Shown piece by piece: positions 19,535 through 29,428 of a stretch of 64,000 nucleotides of DNA. The notes beneath the pieces are model-generated. The model saw nothing but the letters and a program-made list of their open reading frames with translations, was not told the DNA's origin and ran no database searches. The DNA lies in assembly GCA_965115815.1 (NCBI GenBank), contig OZ220465.1:2798222-2862221 (forward strand), written 5' to 3'. Both the position numbers and the translations under genes were made by a program. The stretch is from Alphaproteobacteria bacterium. GTDB lineage: Bacteria; Pseudomonadota; Alphaproteobacteria; TMED109. The stretch's first letter is position 1, and every line of letters starts with the position of its first letter.

Positions 19535-22113
19535 ATGCAAGTCGGACTTCGACATCTCCGCGCCGACACGGTCGAGTGGCTGAAGGCGGCGGCGGCCGAG
19601 GACGGCCGGACGCGTCATGCGCTGGCGCGCGAGCTGTGCGAACGCGAGGACTGGCGCCACGCCCGGGGCCAGCCCTGCGTGTCCCAGGCGCGCGGGGTTC
19701 TGCCCGGGATCGCGAAGCGGGCGGGGTTCGTGCTGCCCGCGGCGCGGCCGGGTCCGTGCCGCACGCCGGGCCGTCCGGGCGGCGAGGTGGCGCGCACCGA
19801 CCCGGACCGGAAGCTGGCGTGCACGCTGGCGGATCTCGGGGAGGTCACCCTGGTCCCGGTGGGCGCGGCCCCGGACCGGCGCCGCTGGCGCGAGATGATG
19901 GAGACCCATCATCCGCAGGGTTGGAAGCACCGGCCGGGGAAGGTCCTCAACTTCTGGGTCGTGTCGTCGCGCCACGGCCGTCTCGGCGGCCTCGGGTATA
20001 CGGCCGCAGGCTGGCATCAGGCGGCTCGGGACGCGGCCATCGGCTGGTCGGCGACGGCGCGAGCCGCGAATCTGGTGCAGCTGGTCCAGCAGCACCGCTT
20101 TCTCCTGCTGCCCGGCGTCCGGGTCGCCCGGTTGGCCTCGCACGTGCTGGCCCGGTCGACGGCGCGCCTGGCCGCGGACTGGAAGGCGGCGCACGGGACC
20201 CGGCCGCAGGCGGTCTACACGTATGTGGGACCCGAGCACCGCGGCACCTGCTATCGTGCGGCCGGGTGGAGCCGCTGCGCCGAACCAACCTCGGACCGGC
20301 CGCCGGGAGGCCGTGCGACCGCGCCGAAGGCGGTGTGGATCCGGCCCTTGGCCGAGGGCTGGCGAGAGGTCCTGTCTCGGGAGCGGGGCGCCGTCCTCGG
20401 TACCACGTCGGAGCCGTGGCGGCCCGGGAACGCCGACTGGGCCGACATCGAGTACGGCCGCGGTTCGCATCCCGACGGCCGCGTGCGCACGCGGGTGCTG
20501 GCGATGGGCCGGGCTTGGGAGAACGCTCCGGGCGCGTCCCTGCCCGTGATCTTCCCGTCCGCCGCCGCGCAGAAGGCCGCGTACCGGCTGTTGTCCAGCG
20601 CCCGGGTCACGATGGAACACATCCTCGATCCCCACGCCGAAGCCACGGTCGAACGCTGCCGGCAGGAGCGGGTCATCCTCGCCCTGCAGGACACCACAAC
20701 GCGAATTACAACGGGCACTGCAAGACGAAAGGGCTGGTGAACCTTGGAGGCGGGGGCTCGGGCACCCGGGGAATCCTTGCCCATTTCACGCTGGCGGTGA
20801 CCGAGGGCCGCCGCCCGCTCGGCGTGATCGACCTCAACGCCACCCAGCGCGAGGGCACGGAAGCCCCGGACCGCGACGCCACCGAGCGCGAGGACACGGA
20901 AGCCCCGGACCGCGACGCCGCCGAGCGCGAGGGCACGGAAGCCCCGGACTGCGACGCCACCGAGCGCGAGGGCACGGCAGCCCCGGACTGCGACGCCACC
21001 GAGCGCGAGGGCACGGAAGCCCCGGACCGCGACGCCACCGAGCGCGAGGGCACGGAAGCCCCGGACTGCGACGCCACCGAGCGCGAGGGCACGGAAGCCC
21101 CGGACCGCGACGCCACCGAGCGCGAGGGCACGGAAGCCCCGGACTGCGACGCCACCGAGCGCGAGGGCACGGACCGCGACGCGGTCAAGCCGGAGAGTGT
21201 GCGCTGGCTTCAGGGACTCGAACGCGCCCGTCAGCTGGCCGCCGCCTGCCCCGACACCCGGGTGGTCACGGTCTGCGACCGCGAAGGCGACATCTGGGAA
21301 AGGTTCGTACAGGCGCGCGCCGGCGGCGTCGGGCTCCTCGTACGTTCCGACCGCGGCCGGCAGCGACGGGTGGTCCGCAGCGACGGCTCCGTGGCGGACC
21401 TGTGGGAGGCCATGGCGGAGCCGCCGGTTCTGGGAACGAAGACGGTCCACCTCGCCGCCTGCGGCGGACCCCGTCCGCGCCTCCAGCGCACCGTGATCCT
21501 CGAGCTCCGCGCCACCGCCGCCGTCTACCTCGTGCCGCCGAAAAACCGGGACGACCGGACGCCGATGCCCGTGCTCGCCGTCTCGGTCCGGGAAGCCCGA
21601 CCGCCCAAGGGCCGCGATCCGCTCCACTGGGTGCTGCTCTCCACCGAGGGCGAGGCCGACCTCCAGCACGCTCGACGCATCGTCGCCTGGTACGAGGCAC
21701 GCTGGACCCTCGAGGAGTACTTCCGGGTCCTCAAGGTCGGCGCCCGGATCGAAGAACGCAAGCTGCAGGACGCCGACGACCTGCGCACGTGCCTCGCTTT
21801 CGATGCCATCACCGCATGGCGGGTCATGGACCTCAAGCGCCTCGCGCGCGATCCGCCCGACCGCCCCGCCCTTGAGTTCTTCACCGACCGCGAAATCGGG
21901 GTTCTCTACCGATGGCTCCGGTACGATCGCATCCTCCGGGCCCCGCCTGGAAAGCCGCCCGACCTCCGCACCTTTGTGGTTGATCTCGCCCGCATGGCGG
22001 GCTTCCGGCCCAGCAAGCGTCAGCCGCTTCCGGGTACTGCGAAAATCTGGCAGGCGTGGCGGAAATTCAAGACCGGACTCGAATTCGTCCAATCAGAAGG
22101 GAACCGCACATGA
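19535..22113 (+). pseudogene. DUF4338 + Tn5-like transposase of IS B, frameshifted near 20700 and carrying a 39-bp repeat array
   Basis: Frame 1: ..RDAAIGW..RFLLLP..AVYTYVGPEHRGTCYRAAGW..ILALQDTTT. Frame 2 continues NYNGH..TVCDREGD..YEARWTLEEYFRVLKVG. Confidence 0.8.
20839..21180 (+). repeat. 39-bp tandem repeat, ~8.7 units, in frame in the IS B transposase
   Basis: Unit GCCACCGAGCGCGAGGGCACGGAAGCCCCGGAC(C/T)GCGAC encodes ATEREGTEAPD(R/C)D. The last unit is internally shortened. Confidence 0.95.
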
Positions 22114-22711
22114 GCCAGATTGCGTCAACAACGGGCTATTGAAAGGTCTCGGTCCGGGAAGCCCGACCGCCCAAGGGCCGCGATCCGCTCCACTGGGTGC
22201 TGCCCTCCACCGAGGGCGAGGCCGACCTCCCGCACGCTCGACGCATCGTCGCCTGGTACGAGGCACGCTGGACCCTCGAGGAGTACTTCCGGGTCCTCAA
22301 GGTCGGCGCCCGGATCGAAGAACGCAAGCTGCAGGACGCCGACGACCTGCGCACGTGCCTCGCTTTCGATGCCATCACCGCATGGCGGGTCATGGACCTC
22401 GAGCGCCTCGCGCGCGATCCGCCCGACCGCCCCGCCCTCGAGTTCTTCACCGATCGCGAAATCGGGGTTCTCTACCGATGGCTCCGGTACGATCGCATCC
22501 TCCGTGCCCCGCTTGGAAAGCCGCCCGACATCCGCACCTTTGGGGTCGATCTCGCCCGCATGGCGGGCTTCCGGCCCAGCAAGCGTCAGCCGCTTCCGGG
22601 TACTGCGAAAATCTGGCAGGCGTGGCGGAAATTCAAGACCGGACTCGAATTCGTCCAATCAGAAGGGAACCGCACATGAGCCAGATTGCGTCAACAACGG
22701 GCTATTGAAAG
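21580..22711 (+). repeat. 566-bp direct tandem duplication of the right end of IS B (21580-22145 and 22146-22711)
   Basis: The second unit starts immediately after the first right IR (..GGGCTATTGAAAG|GTCTCGGTCC..). A few SNPs separate the units. ORF 22197..22679 repeats the transposase C-terminus. Confidence 0.9.
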
Positions 22712-23346
22712 CCCGGAGGCGGGGCTGGACCGTCTGCTCGACCCACCGATCCAACACGGAGTGCAGGAACAGGTTGGAGAGCAAAGGCGACCACACGCCG
22801 CCTTGCGGCGTGCCCGCTTCCGAGGTGTGCCGGACGCCCTCCTCCGGGACGCCCGCCCGCAGCCCTTGGTTGATCATGCGACGGAGGACACCGTCCTTGA
22901 TCCGCAGGTCCAGGAAGGCGCGGAGTTCCCGATGCGGGATGCTGTCGAAATCCTTCGATACATCCGCATCGATCACCCAGCGCTTCTTCTTCATGATGCC
23001 CTGGTCGATGGCGTGCAGGGCATCCTGCGCCCCTGCGCCGATCGTCCAGGCCGGAACCCCTACGATCCCGGCACGAAGTCCGCTTCGTAGATGGGTTCCA
23101 GCAGCATGAGAATGGCTCGCTGCGCCACCTTGTCTTCCAAGGTCGGGATGCCCAGGGGCCGGACCTCGCCGTTCCCCTTCGGGATCCAGGTCCGCCGAAC
23201 CGGCGGCGCGAAGGTGCGGCCCGACAGGATCCGATCCCGGAGGTCCTCCACGTTGGCCTCCAGGTTCTTCTCGTAGTCGGCCGCGGTCACGCCGTCGATC
23301 CCGGCTGCCCCGTCCTTCCGGGTGCGACGCCAAGCCTCCCGCATCC
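22712..23346 (-). pseudogene. group II intron IEP, RT fingers/palm segment (in-frame TAG + 1-nt frameshift)
   Basis: ..EAWRRTRKDGAAGIDGVTAADYE..PPVRRTWIPKGNGEVRPLGIPTLEDKVAQRA..EADFVPGS*GFRPGRS..DADVSKDFDSIPH..GTPQGGVWSPLLSNLFLH. Confidence 0.8.
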
Positions 23347-25474
23347 CACGGCCATCCCATGCTAGGTTTGTTGGAAGGCTGGGTTCCGCTGATTCCGGAT
23401 GATTCGTATTGGTGCTGGCTTTTTGTGAAGCGGCGTGGTATCCGTGGTGGTCATGGAACGCGCCGCGGATGTTTTCGAGACGACTCCGGAGGGTTTTGCG
23501 CTCCGGGATGGGGTGGTGCGCTTGGCGCGGCCGGATGAGGTGTGTCGCTGGAACCGTGTGGTGGACCGTCATCACGATCTTGGTTTCAAGCAGTTTGCGG
23601 GTCGAGGTCTGCGCTACGTGTTCACGTGGCGCGGGCGGTGGATTGGCGCTGCGGGCGGGCAGACGGGCGCCTTCCGTTGTGCGCCGCGGGACCGTTGGAT
23701 GGGTTGGCGCCGCAAAGAACCGTTGGAGCGGTTGCATCTGATCGGAAACCACACGAGGTTTGTGATTCTGGGAGGTCGCCGGGCGTTTCGGGGTCTTGCC
23801 TCGTGTGCGTTGTCGCGGATGCAGCGGCGTCTCAGCGACGACTGGGAGGCTGCGTACGGCAATCCGTTGCTGGTGGCGGAATCGTTTGTCTCGCCGACGA
23901 AGTTCCGCGGCACCCTGTACAGGGCAGCGAACTGGAAGTACGTGGGCAGGAGCAAGGGCTATGCACGTGCCAACGGGCGCTATACGGATCCGCACGGGGA
24001 GGCGAAGGATCTGTACGTGGTTCCGCTGCGTCGCGACGCCTGTCGTCGGTTGCGGGATCGTGCGCCGCTTCCTGCGGCGTGGGAGTTGCGGGCGACGCAG
24101 AGCGGCCGGTCGGCGCGGGAGTTGCGCTCGATGTACCCGCATTTTGCGGCGCTTTCCGACTTCCGGCGCGCGCAGGGGCGCACGCACGGCATCGCCTCGG
24201 TGCTATGCGTGATCGTGCTGGCGCGGCTGGCGAATCGGCACGGCGCGGTGGCGGCGGCACGCTACGCGAAGGCGATGACACAGAAGGATCTGGCGCAGAT
24301 CGGTGCGTGGAAGAACCCGGACACCGGCCGGTAGGAACCGGTGTCCAAATCGACCGTGCACCGGGTGCTGCAGAACACCGACCCGGCGTGGATAGAGGAG
24401 GCACTGCGGCGCTGGGCGCAGCCGCGCCTGCGGGTCGGCCGCGCGATCGCGGTCGACGGCACGCGCATTCGCGGCGCCAACCGCACCGGCGAGGATCCTA
24501 ACGAGACGGTCTCGCGGATCGAGCACGGGACCGGCATGCCGGTCTCGATCCTCAACGATCCTGACGAAGGCGGGGAGATCGCCGCCGTCCACGCCGCGCT
24601 CGAGACCGCGCCGGTGGCCGGCCGTCTACTCACGCTCGACGCGCTCCACACCACCCGCGAGACGGCACGACGGATCGTCGAGACCCATGGCGCCGACTGG
24701 ATGATGACGGTCAAGGGCAACGCTCCCAAGACCTTCGAGACGTTCGAGAGCATCCACTGGGAGACCACGAGCACGGGACGCTACAGCGAAAAGCCCACGC
24801 TCGAGCACGGCCGCATCGAGCAACGCAGCATCGAAGTCTTCACCCCGCCCGCGAAGATGATCCACGATCCCCATGTCAAACCGATCTTCCGTGTCACCCG
24901 GCGCGTCGAATTCAAGAAATCCGGAAAACGGACCATGGAACACGCCTACGGCAGGACTTCGGTCGCGGCCGACCGCGCCTCGCCGCAACCGCTCCTCACA
25001 TGGAACCGCGGTCACTGGGTGGTCGAAAGCCATCACCCCATCCGCGATACCACCTTCCGCGAAGACGACTCCAGGCTCCGGGCCCGCAACGCACCCGCAA
25101 ACCACGCGATCCTCAACACCCTTGCCCTTGCCGTCATCCTCCACAACCCGCGGAAGCTGCCCCAGCCCTTCCACCGCTTCGCCGACGCCCGTCACCCCTA
25201 TGCCGACAAGCGCAAGCAGGTCCTGCACGCCGTCACAAGACCCGGCTGACTACGCTCACACCCCGACCGAAACCGCACGTATCCAAGCCGGGCCCCCAAC
25301 CCGGCCGGCCTCTCGCTCGCCCCGGATCCGCCGAAACGGACCCCTCGCGCCTAAATCCGCGCCACCACCGGGCCGCAAACGTCCGCACATCTCACAATCG
25401 CAGACTCGAACGCGTCGACCCGCGTCGCGATCGAGACTCCGATCGCATCACAGCAACAAGCATGGGATCTTCTT
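23347..25474 (+). mobile_element. ISAs1-like insertion sequence C, copy C1
   Basis: Ends CACGGCCATCCCATGCTAGG.. / ..AGCATGGGATCTTCTT. 9-bp TSD CCCGCATCC (23338-23346 / 25476-25484) inside the intron IEP. Confidence 0.85.
23435..25249 (+). pseudogene. DUF4338 + ISAs1-family transposase, single in-frame TAG (24332-24334)
   Basis: ..RDRWMGW..LLVAESFVSPTKFRGTLYRAANWKYVGRSKGYAR (DUF4338). ..LTLDALHTTRETARRIVETHGADWMMTVKGNAP..NRGHWVVESHHPIRDTTFREDDSR (ISAs1 core). C2 reads GRYEP (TAT) where C1 has TAG. ATG at 23453 is an alternative start. Confidence 0.85.
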
Positions 25475-25656
25475 GCCCGCATCCAGTCCTTGTCCATCAG
25501 GGGGTGCACCGAGGGGAACACCCGGTCCGGGTACTTCCTCGCCTGCGCGGCGATCCACTGTGGTTTCGTTGACGTGTTGGCAGATCTCAGTGTCTCTTCC
25601 ACCGTTTCCCTCCAGGGGTTCGGTTCCTGCAGCACGCCCCTTCCCTCCAGCGGCAC
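25475..25656 (-). pseudogene. group II intron IEP, N-terminal segment
   Basis: GTG 25656. VPLEGRGVLQEPNPWRETVEE..YPDRVFPSVHPLMDKDWMR joins in frame to EAWRRTRKDG.. at 23346. Confidence 0.7.
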
Positions 25657-25704
25657 CCGGTGGACCCGGTTCCCCGCCTTCGACGGTACTAGGGCCTGTT
25701 AACT

Positions 25705-26469
25705 CTATAGAGGCTTGAGGGCATCGACGATGAGTGCGAAGTGGATGAAGAAAGTAAAGACGACATCCAGCTTGTCAAATCTCGTGAAGACACGCCGAAA
25801 TCGCTTGATCCTCCGAAACAGACGTTCGACTTCATTGTGTTTCTTGTACAGTTCTCGATCGTATTCCCACGGCGTGATCCGGTTGGCCTTCGGTGGGACC
25901 ACGGGCTCCAGTCCCCGGCCTGCAACCAACGCACGAGTTTCGTCCCCTTCATAGGCCTTGTCCATCACCAGACACCGTGCGGTATTCGGCAATGCCATGC
26001 GGTGCAGCAACTTGCGCCCCTGGGGTCCGTCGCCCTCCTGCCCTCCGGACTAGGAAAACCCTACCGCGTTTCGATCCTTCGCAGCTACCCGATGAAGCTT
26101 GGGGGTCCAGCCCCCGCGCGACTTCCCGATGGCCTGAGCACCGTGCTTCTCGAGCGCTCCCGTACCGTCCGGGTGCACCTTCACCACGGTGCTGTCCAAG
26201 GACAGCACCTCGACCTTCACCCGCATGATGTCCAAGCGCTGCAACTCCGCAAACACCCGATCCAGGACGCCCTTCTTCGCCCAGCGGTTCATCCGGGTGG
26301 AGATGGTGTGCCCGTTGCCGAAGTGCGCCGGCAGCCCGCGCCATTTGCATCCCTGCTCGGCCACGTACAGGATCGCGTCGAGAACCGACAGAGTACTGAG
26401 CAAGACATTGCCGCGGTGCTTCGGAAAGACATGAGCAATGTGCTCGTACTGGGCTTGCGTGAGTTCCAT
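25705..26469 (-). pseudogene. IS5/IS427-group DDE transposase, single in-frame TAG (26047-26049)
   Basis: ORFs 26050..26469 and 25705..26010 share a frame. ..NAVGFS*SGGQEGDG... Copy 1 has TTG (Leu) at the TAG position. Confidence 0.9.
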
Positions 26470-26507
26470 GACCGGGAATCCTCTCTACGAACCAAGGATC
26501 CGGATTC

Positions 26508-26673
26508 GTATCTACTCACCCCCCTACTGATGACGAATCGTTTTTCCTGACGGGTGCGGATCCGGCATTGTCCCTTGCCCCTTTAAATCGCTCGCGGCCG
26601 ATGACCGGAAGTGCGTGTTCCGGCTGACAAGAAACGGATCGATCTTCGTCATCAGTAGGGGGTGAGTAGATAC
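26508..26673. mobile_element. MITE-2 copy a (166 bp, TIR GTATCTACTCACCCCCTACTGATGACGAA)
   Basis: TIRs plus 8-bp TSD CCGGATTC (26500-26507 / 26674-26681). Inserted in the leader of IS427 copy 2; copy 1 is uninterrupted at this site. Confidence 0.75.
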
Positions 26674-26720
26674 CCGGATTCTACCACACATTCTACCACA
26701 TAATGCGTTAACAGGCCCTA

Positions 26721-27121
26721 GCCCAAACCCTGCTTCCGGAGGCCCATCACCAGGATCTTCCCCAGCTCCATGCCGGGACGCCCTCGCAGGTGGGATCCCT
26801 CGGGAAGGATCCCCTCCTCCAGGATCTCGAACCACCGGGCCCGGGTCGACCGGTCGGCATACACGTGTTGCAGACCCCGCAGCAGCGGCGGAATGTCATC
26901 CCGCGAGTGTACGTGGATCTCGATCTCCTCGATCGCAACCTGGCCCCATTCCAGCTGAGGGCGGACGATCTCCCGCAGGGCCATTCTCCCGAAGATTCCC
27001 GAATCCCGCGCGATTTTCCGGCCCCAGCGGCCGATTCCCGCCCCACAGGGGGATTCTTCCCCCCTTCAATAGCACACTTCCATCACTGCAGTCAAATGGT
27101 TGTACTTTTTCGGGCGGGCGC
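26721..27121 (-). mobile_element. 5' fragment (E3) of ISNCY-like element E
   Basis: Matches the IR end and first 88 codons of E1/E2 (MALREIVRPQLEWGQVAIEEIEIHVHSRDDIPPLLRGLQHVY..). Cut at a CTAG by IS427 copy 2. Confidence 0.7.
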
Positions 27122-27174
27122 GAGCTACCGGGGACCCGGGTTGCAGGAATTCAGGAAGGACATGCGACGGCCCG

Positions 27175-27993
27175 TCAGCGTCGAACGGCGGGGGCCTCCA
27201 CGGCCAGACCGGCCCCGCGCCAGGCGACATAGAGTTGAAGGGCATTGTAGTCGTCGCTGCCGATCGGCAGCGGTTCGGCCCGCGCCTGTTCGTTACAGAA
27301 CTGGAACCGGCGATGCACGGAACTCACGGTGCCCCATCGCAGCAGGTAGGCCGGAAAGCCGTTGATCTGTCCCTGACTGATCCGTTCGGCGCGCAGCAGG
27401 TGTCCCACCCGCTGGTCGTGACACTGGGTGCAGGCGAGGTGCATCTGCCCGACCCGCTCGGCGTACAGCTCGCGCCCCCGCCGAAACCACGGCCGTGCGT
27501 CCCCGTCGATCCGCACCGCAAGGGGCCAGCCGACCGACTGACGCGTCACGTAGGAGCTCAACGACAGCAACGGCTCGCTCTCCAGCGCATACGGATCGGT
27601 TTCCTGGTGGCGGACCCGGCACGCATTGATGCGCTGTTCGAGATTGATCAGACGACCGGTGATCCCATCGACCTTGGGATACGTGGCGGCTGCCCCGGAC
27701 AGTGCGGTCGCTGCTCCGTGACACGAGCGGCAGGACCGTCCCGCAGCCCCGTCCGGACGCGACCAGAGTCGCGCGCCGCGCTCCACCCAGAACTGCCCGG
27801 GATTGCCGAACTCGTCGTCCTGGATCGCCTGCGTCTCCGGGCGGGCGAACTCGTATCCGGAACGGGGCGGCTGCGGCGGTGATTCGGGCCCGGCCCCCAC
27901 CGGCCCGGCCGCGGCCGCCACGACCATCGCCGGCCAGCACGGACGGAAGTCGATCAAGCGGCGGCGGACGGAGAGGCTGCCGTCACCGGCCAC
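27175..27993 (-). CDS. soxA: sulfur-oxidation dihaem cytochrome c SoxA
   Basis: Haem motifs CRSCH and CTQCH. ..INGFPAYLLRWGTVSSVHRRFQFCNEQARAEPL... Signal peptide present. Start could be 27927, which avoids the overlap with soxZ. Confidence 0.9.
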   Translation of the reverse strand: MAGDGSLSVRRRLIDFRPCWPAMVVAAAAGPVGAGPESPPQPPRSGYEFARPETQAIQDDEFGNPGQFWVERGARLWSRPDGAAGRSCRSCHGAATALSGAAATYPKVDGITGRLINLEQRINACRVRHQETDPYALESEPLLSLSSYVTRQSVGWPLAVRIDGDARPWFRRGRELYAERVGQMHLACTQCHDQRVGHLLRAERISQGQINGFPAYLLRWGTVSSVHRRFQFCNEQARAEPLPIGSDDYNALQLYVAWRGAGLAVEAPAVRR

Positions 27994-28346
27994 ACCTCTC
28001 GACCCTCCGCATCCACCACCACGATGAACGCGCTGCGGGCCGTCGACTTGAGATAGTCGTCAATCCACTCCACCTCGACCACCCCCGACTCGTCCATGCG
28101 CAGCGGAAACGACAGAAAGGGGTTCTCCGACACGCCCGAGTACCAGTGCGCGCGAAACACCTCCGCCCCGTTGAAGCGGCAGACCACGGACTGAATGATG
28201 AACCGCGGATAGATGACGCCGCTGGCAGGATCCCGCCGCACGCCCGGCTCCATCGGGTGGCGGGCCAATGTCTTCACCACGATCACCTCGCCCTGGACAG
28301 CCCGTTCCGGCACCTTCAACCGGCGGTCGTCGGCCCGCGCGGCCAT
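27954..28346 (-). CDS. soxZ: thiosulfate-oxidation carrier complex protein SoxZ
   Basis: ..GEVIVVKTLARHPMEPGVRRD..VVCRFNGAEVF..SENPFLSFPLR... Lies 3 nt downstream of soxY. Confidence 0.88.
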   Translation of the reverse strand: MAARADDRRLKVPERAVQGEVIVVKTLARHPMEPGVRRDPASGVIYPRFIIQSVVCRFNGAEVFRAHWYSGVSENPFLSFPLRMDESGVVEVEWIDDYLKSTARSAFIVVVDAEGREVWPVTAASPSAAA

Positions 28347-28349
28347 CGC

Positions 28350-28922
28350 CTAGCTGCAGGCCCCGACCGTCACGTGCACCCTCGATCGCGCAAGTCCCAG
28401 TCGACCATCAACCATCTCCGCGACGATCACCAGATCCTCGGTCTGCCGCAGGCGGCAGCGCATCGCGACCTCGGCCCGGCCCGATTGTTCCGTGAAATGG
28501 TAGGTAGCCACCTCGGGGAAAGGATTCCCCATCGCTAGGACATGGACCACGTCCGGCCGGTCGTCCCCGGCCATGCTGCACGCGACCCTGAATGTGATCG
28601 GCACGACGTTGCCGTTCTCCGCAATCTCGGGAGCCGAGAGTTCCACCAGACCCGGCACCGCCTCCCGGCCCCGCACGATGTTGCGGAGGATGCGTCTCGC
28701 CTCTTCCGGATCCGGCTCCACGCGAAACGTCTGACGGAAGCTCTGGAACCGGTCCCGGAAGGGACTTCCGGCCGTCTCCTCGGCGAGTGCCCGAGCGCCC
28801 GTCAGTCCGGATGCGGCGGCCGCCCCTCCGGCCTGCAGCAGAACCCGCCGGGTCGGCGCCGCCGACCGCCGACAGGCCGCAGTGGTCCCGCGGCTGGTCC
28901 GAGCTGCATCCCCGGTGCTCAT
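28350..28922 (-). CDS. soxY: thiosulfate-oxidation carrier protein SoxY (variant C-terminus)
   Basis: Tat signal TRRVLLQAGGAAAA. ..PEIAENGNVVPITF..HVLAMGNPFPEVATYHF... C-terminal ..VHVTVGACS carries the carrier Cys. Confidence 0.85.
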   Translation of the reverse strand: MSTGDAARTSRGTTAACRRSAAPTRRVLLQAGGAAAASGLTGARALAEETAGSPFRDRFQSFRQTFRVEPDPEEARRILRNIVRGREAVPGLVELSAPEIAENGNVVPITFRVACSMAGDDRPDVVHVLAMGNPFPEVATYHFTEQSGRAEVAMRCRLRQTEDLVIVAEMVDGRLGLARSRVHVTVGACS

Positions 28923-28981
28923 GCTCCAGATATAGCTTCCCCGGTTGCGGGATGCCACCGTGCACGGTGGCATCTCCGGCC

Positions 28982-29428
28982 TCAGCGAAGCGAAACCAGG
29001 TACGCGACCACGTCCTCAATCTCCTGTGCGTCGAGAATCGGACGGCCGCGATAGGTTCTCCCCACCCGTCGGAGCCCGTCGACCCGGTGAAACGCAGGCA
29101 TGACGGTATCCGGGTTGAGAACATGGGGGGCCACCAGCCGCAGCCGCAGCCCACCCGCGGTCGCCCGGCTTCCGATTCCGTCAAGCGGGGGGCCCAAGTC
29201 GCCGTGAAACGGTTCTTCCGGAATCGGTGCGCGGTGACAGGCGAGGCAGTTGCCCGACCGGCCGGCGACGATGGCCCGACCGCGTTCGGGACTGCCGGTC
29301 CGGCCGTCGAGCGGCTCGGGAATCGCATGATCGACGATCTGGTACATTGTCGGCTGTCCGCGACCGGATCCGGCCGGCCAGGTCGCGGCCAGCAGCGCCG
29401 CGCCCGACATCAAGACTGCGAGCCCCAT
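28982..29428 (-). CDS. soxX: monohaem cytochrome c SoxX
   Basis: ATG 29428. Signal peptide MGLAVLMSGAALLAA. Haem motif CLACH. ..DTVMPAFHRVDGL..ILDAQEIEDVVAYL. Confidence 0.85.
   Translation of the reverse strand: MGLAVLMSGAALLAATWPAGSGRGQPTMYQIVDHAIPEPLDGRTGSPERGRAIVAGRSGNCLACHRAPIPEEPFHGDLGPPLDGIGSRATAGGLRLRLVAPHVLNPDTVMPAFHRVDGLRRVGRTYRGRPILDAQEIEDVVAYLVSLR

Larger units (their letters stand above)
19483..22711 (+). mobile_element. IS4-family (Tn5-like) insertion sequence B with duplicated right end
   Basis: IRs CTTTCATGCCGCCACACTTGACG / CTTTCAATAGCCCGTTGTTGACG (reverse-complemented). 9-bp TSD CCCGGAGGC (19474-19482 / 22712-22720). Confidence 0.85.
16264..25690 (-). mobile_element. ORF-containing group II intron remnant (RT/maturase IEP + domain V), interrupted by IS A, IS B and IS C1; 5' domains missing
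   Basis: IEP pieces at 25656-25475, 23346-22712, 19482-19222 and 16639-16318. DV-like hairpin GAACCGGATGCCCGAATGCGGGCCCGTCCGGATC at 16299-16266. The 5' side is cut by IS427 copy 2 at 25691. Confidence 0.8.
25692..26718 (-). mobile_element. IS5-family (IS427 group) element, copy 2 (contains MITE-2a)
   Basis: Same termini as copy 1, at CTAG sites. The left flank is intron sequence and the right flank is element E3, so the flanks are unrelated. Confidence 0.9.

Noticed and set aside
20839-21180. Possible CRISPR arrays (also 58229-58673)
   Set aside because: The repeats are directly adjacent with no unique spacers. The units (39 bp and 9 bp) stay in frame inside transposase ORFs. No cas genes are present.
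16318-25656. Diversity-generating retroelement or retron RT
   Set aside because: The RT has group II features (RT0-7 order, YADD, C-terminal maturase X domain ..LRGHCAYYGRSGN..). It is followed by a domain-V hairpin. No TR/VR pair or msr/msd-like structure was seen.
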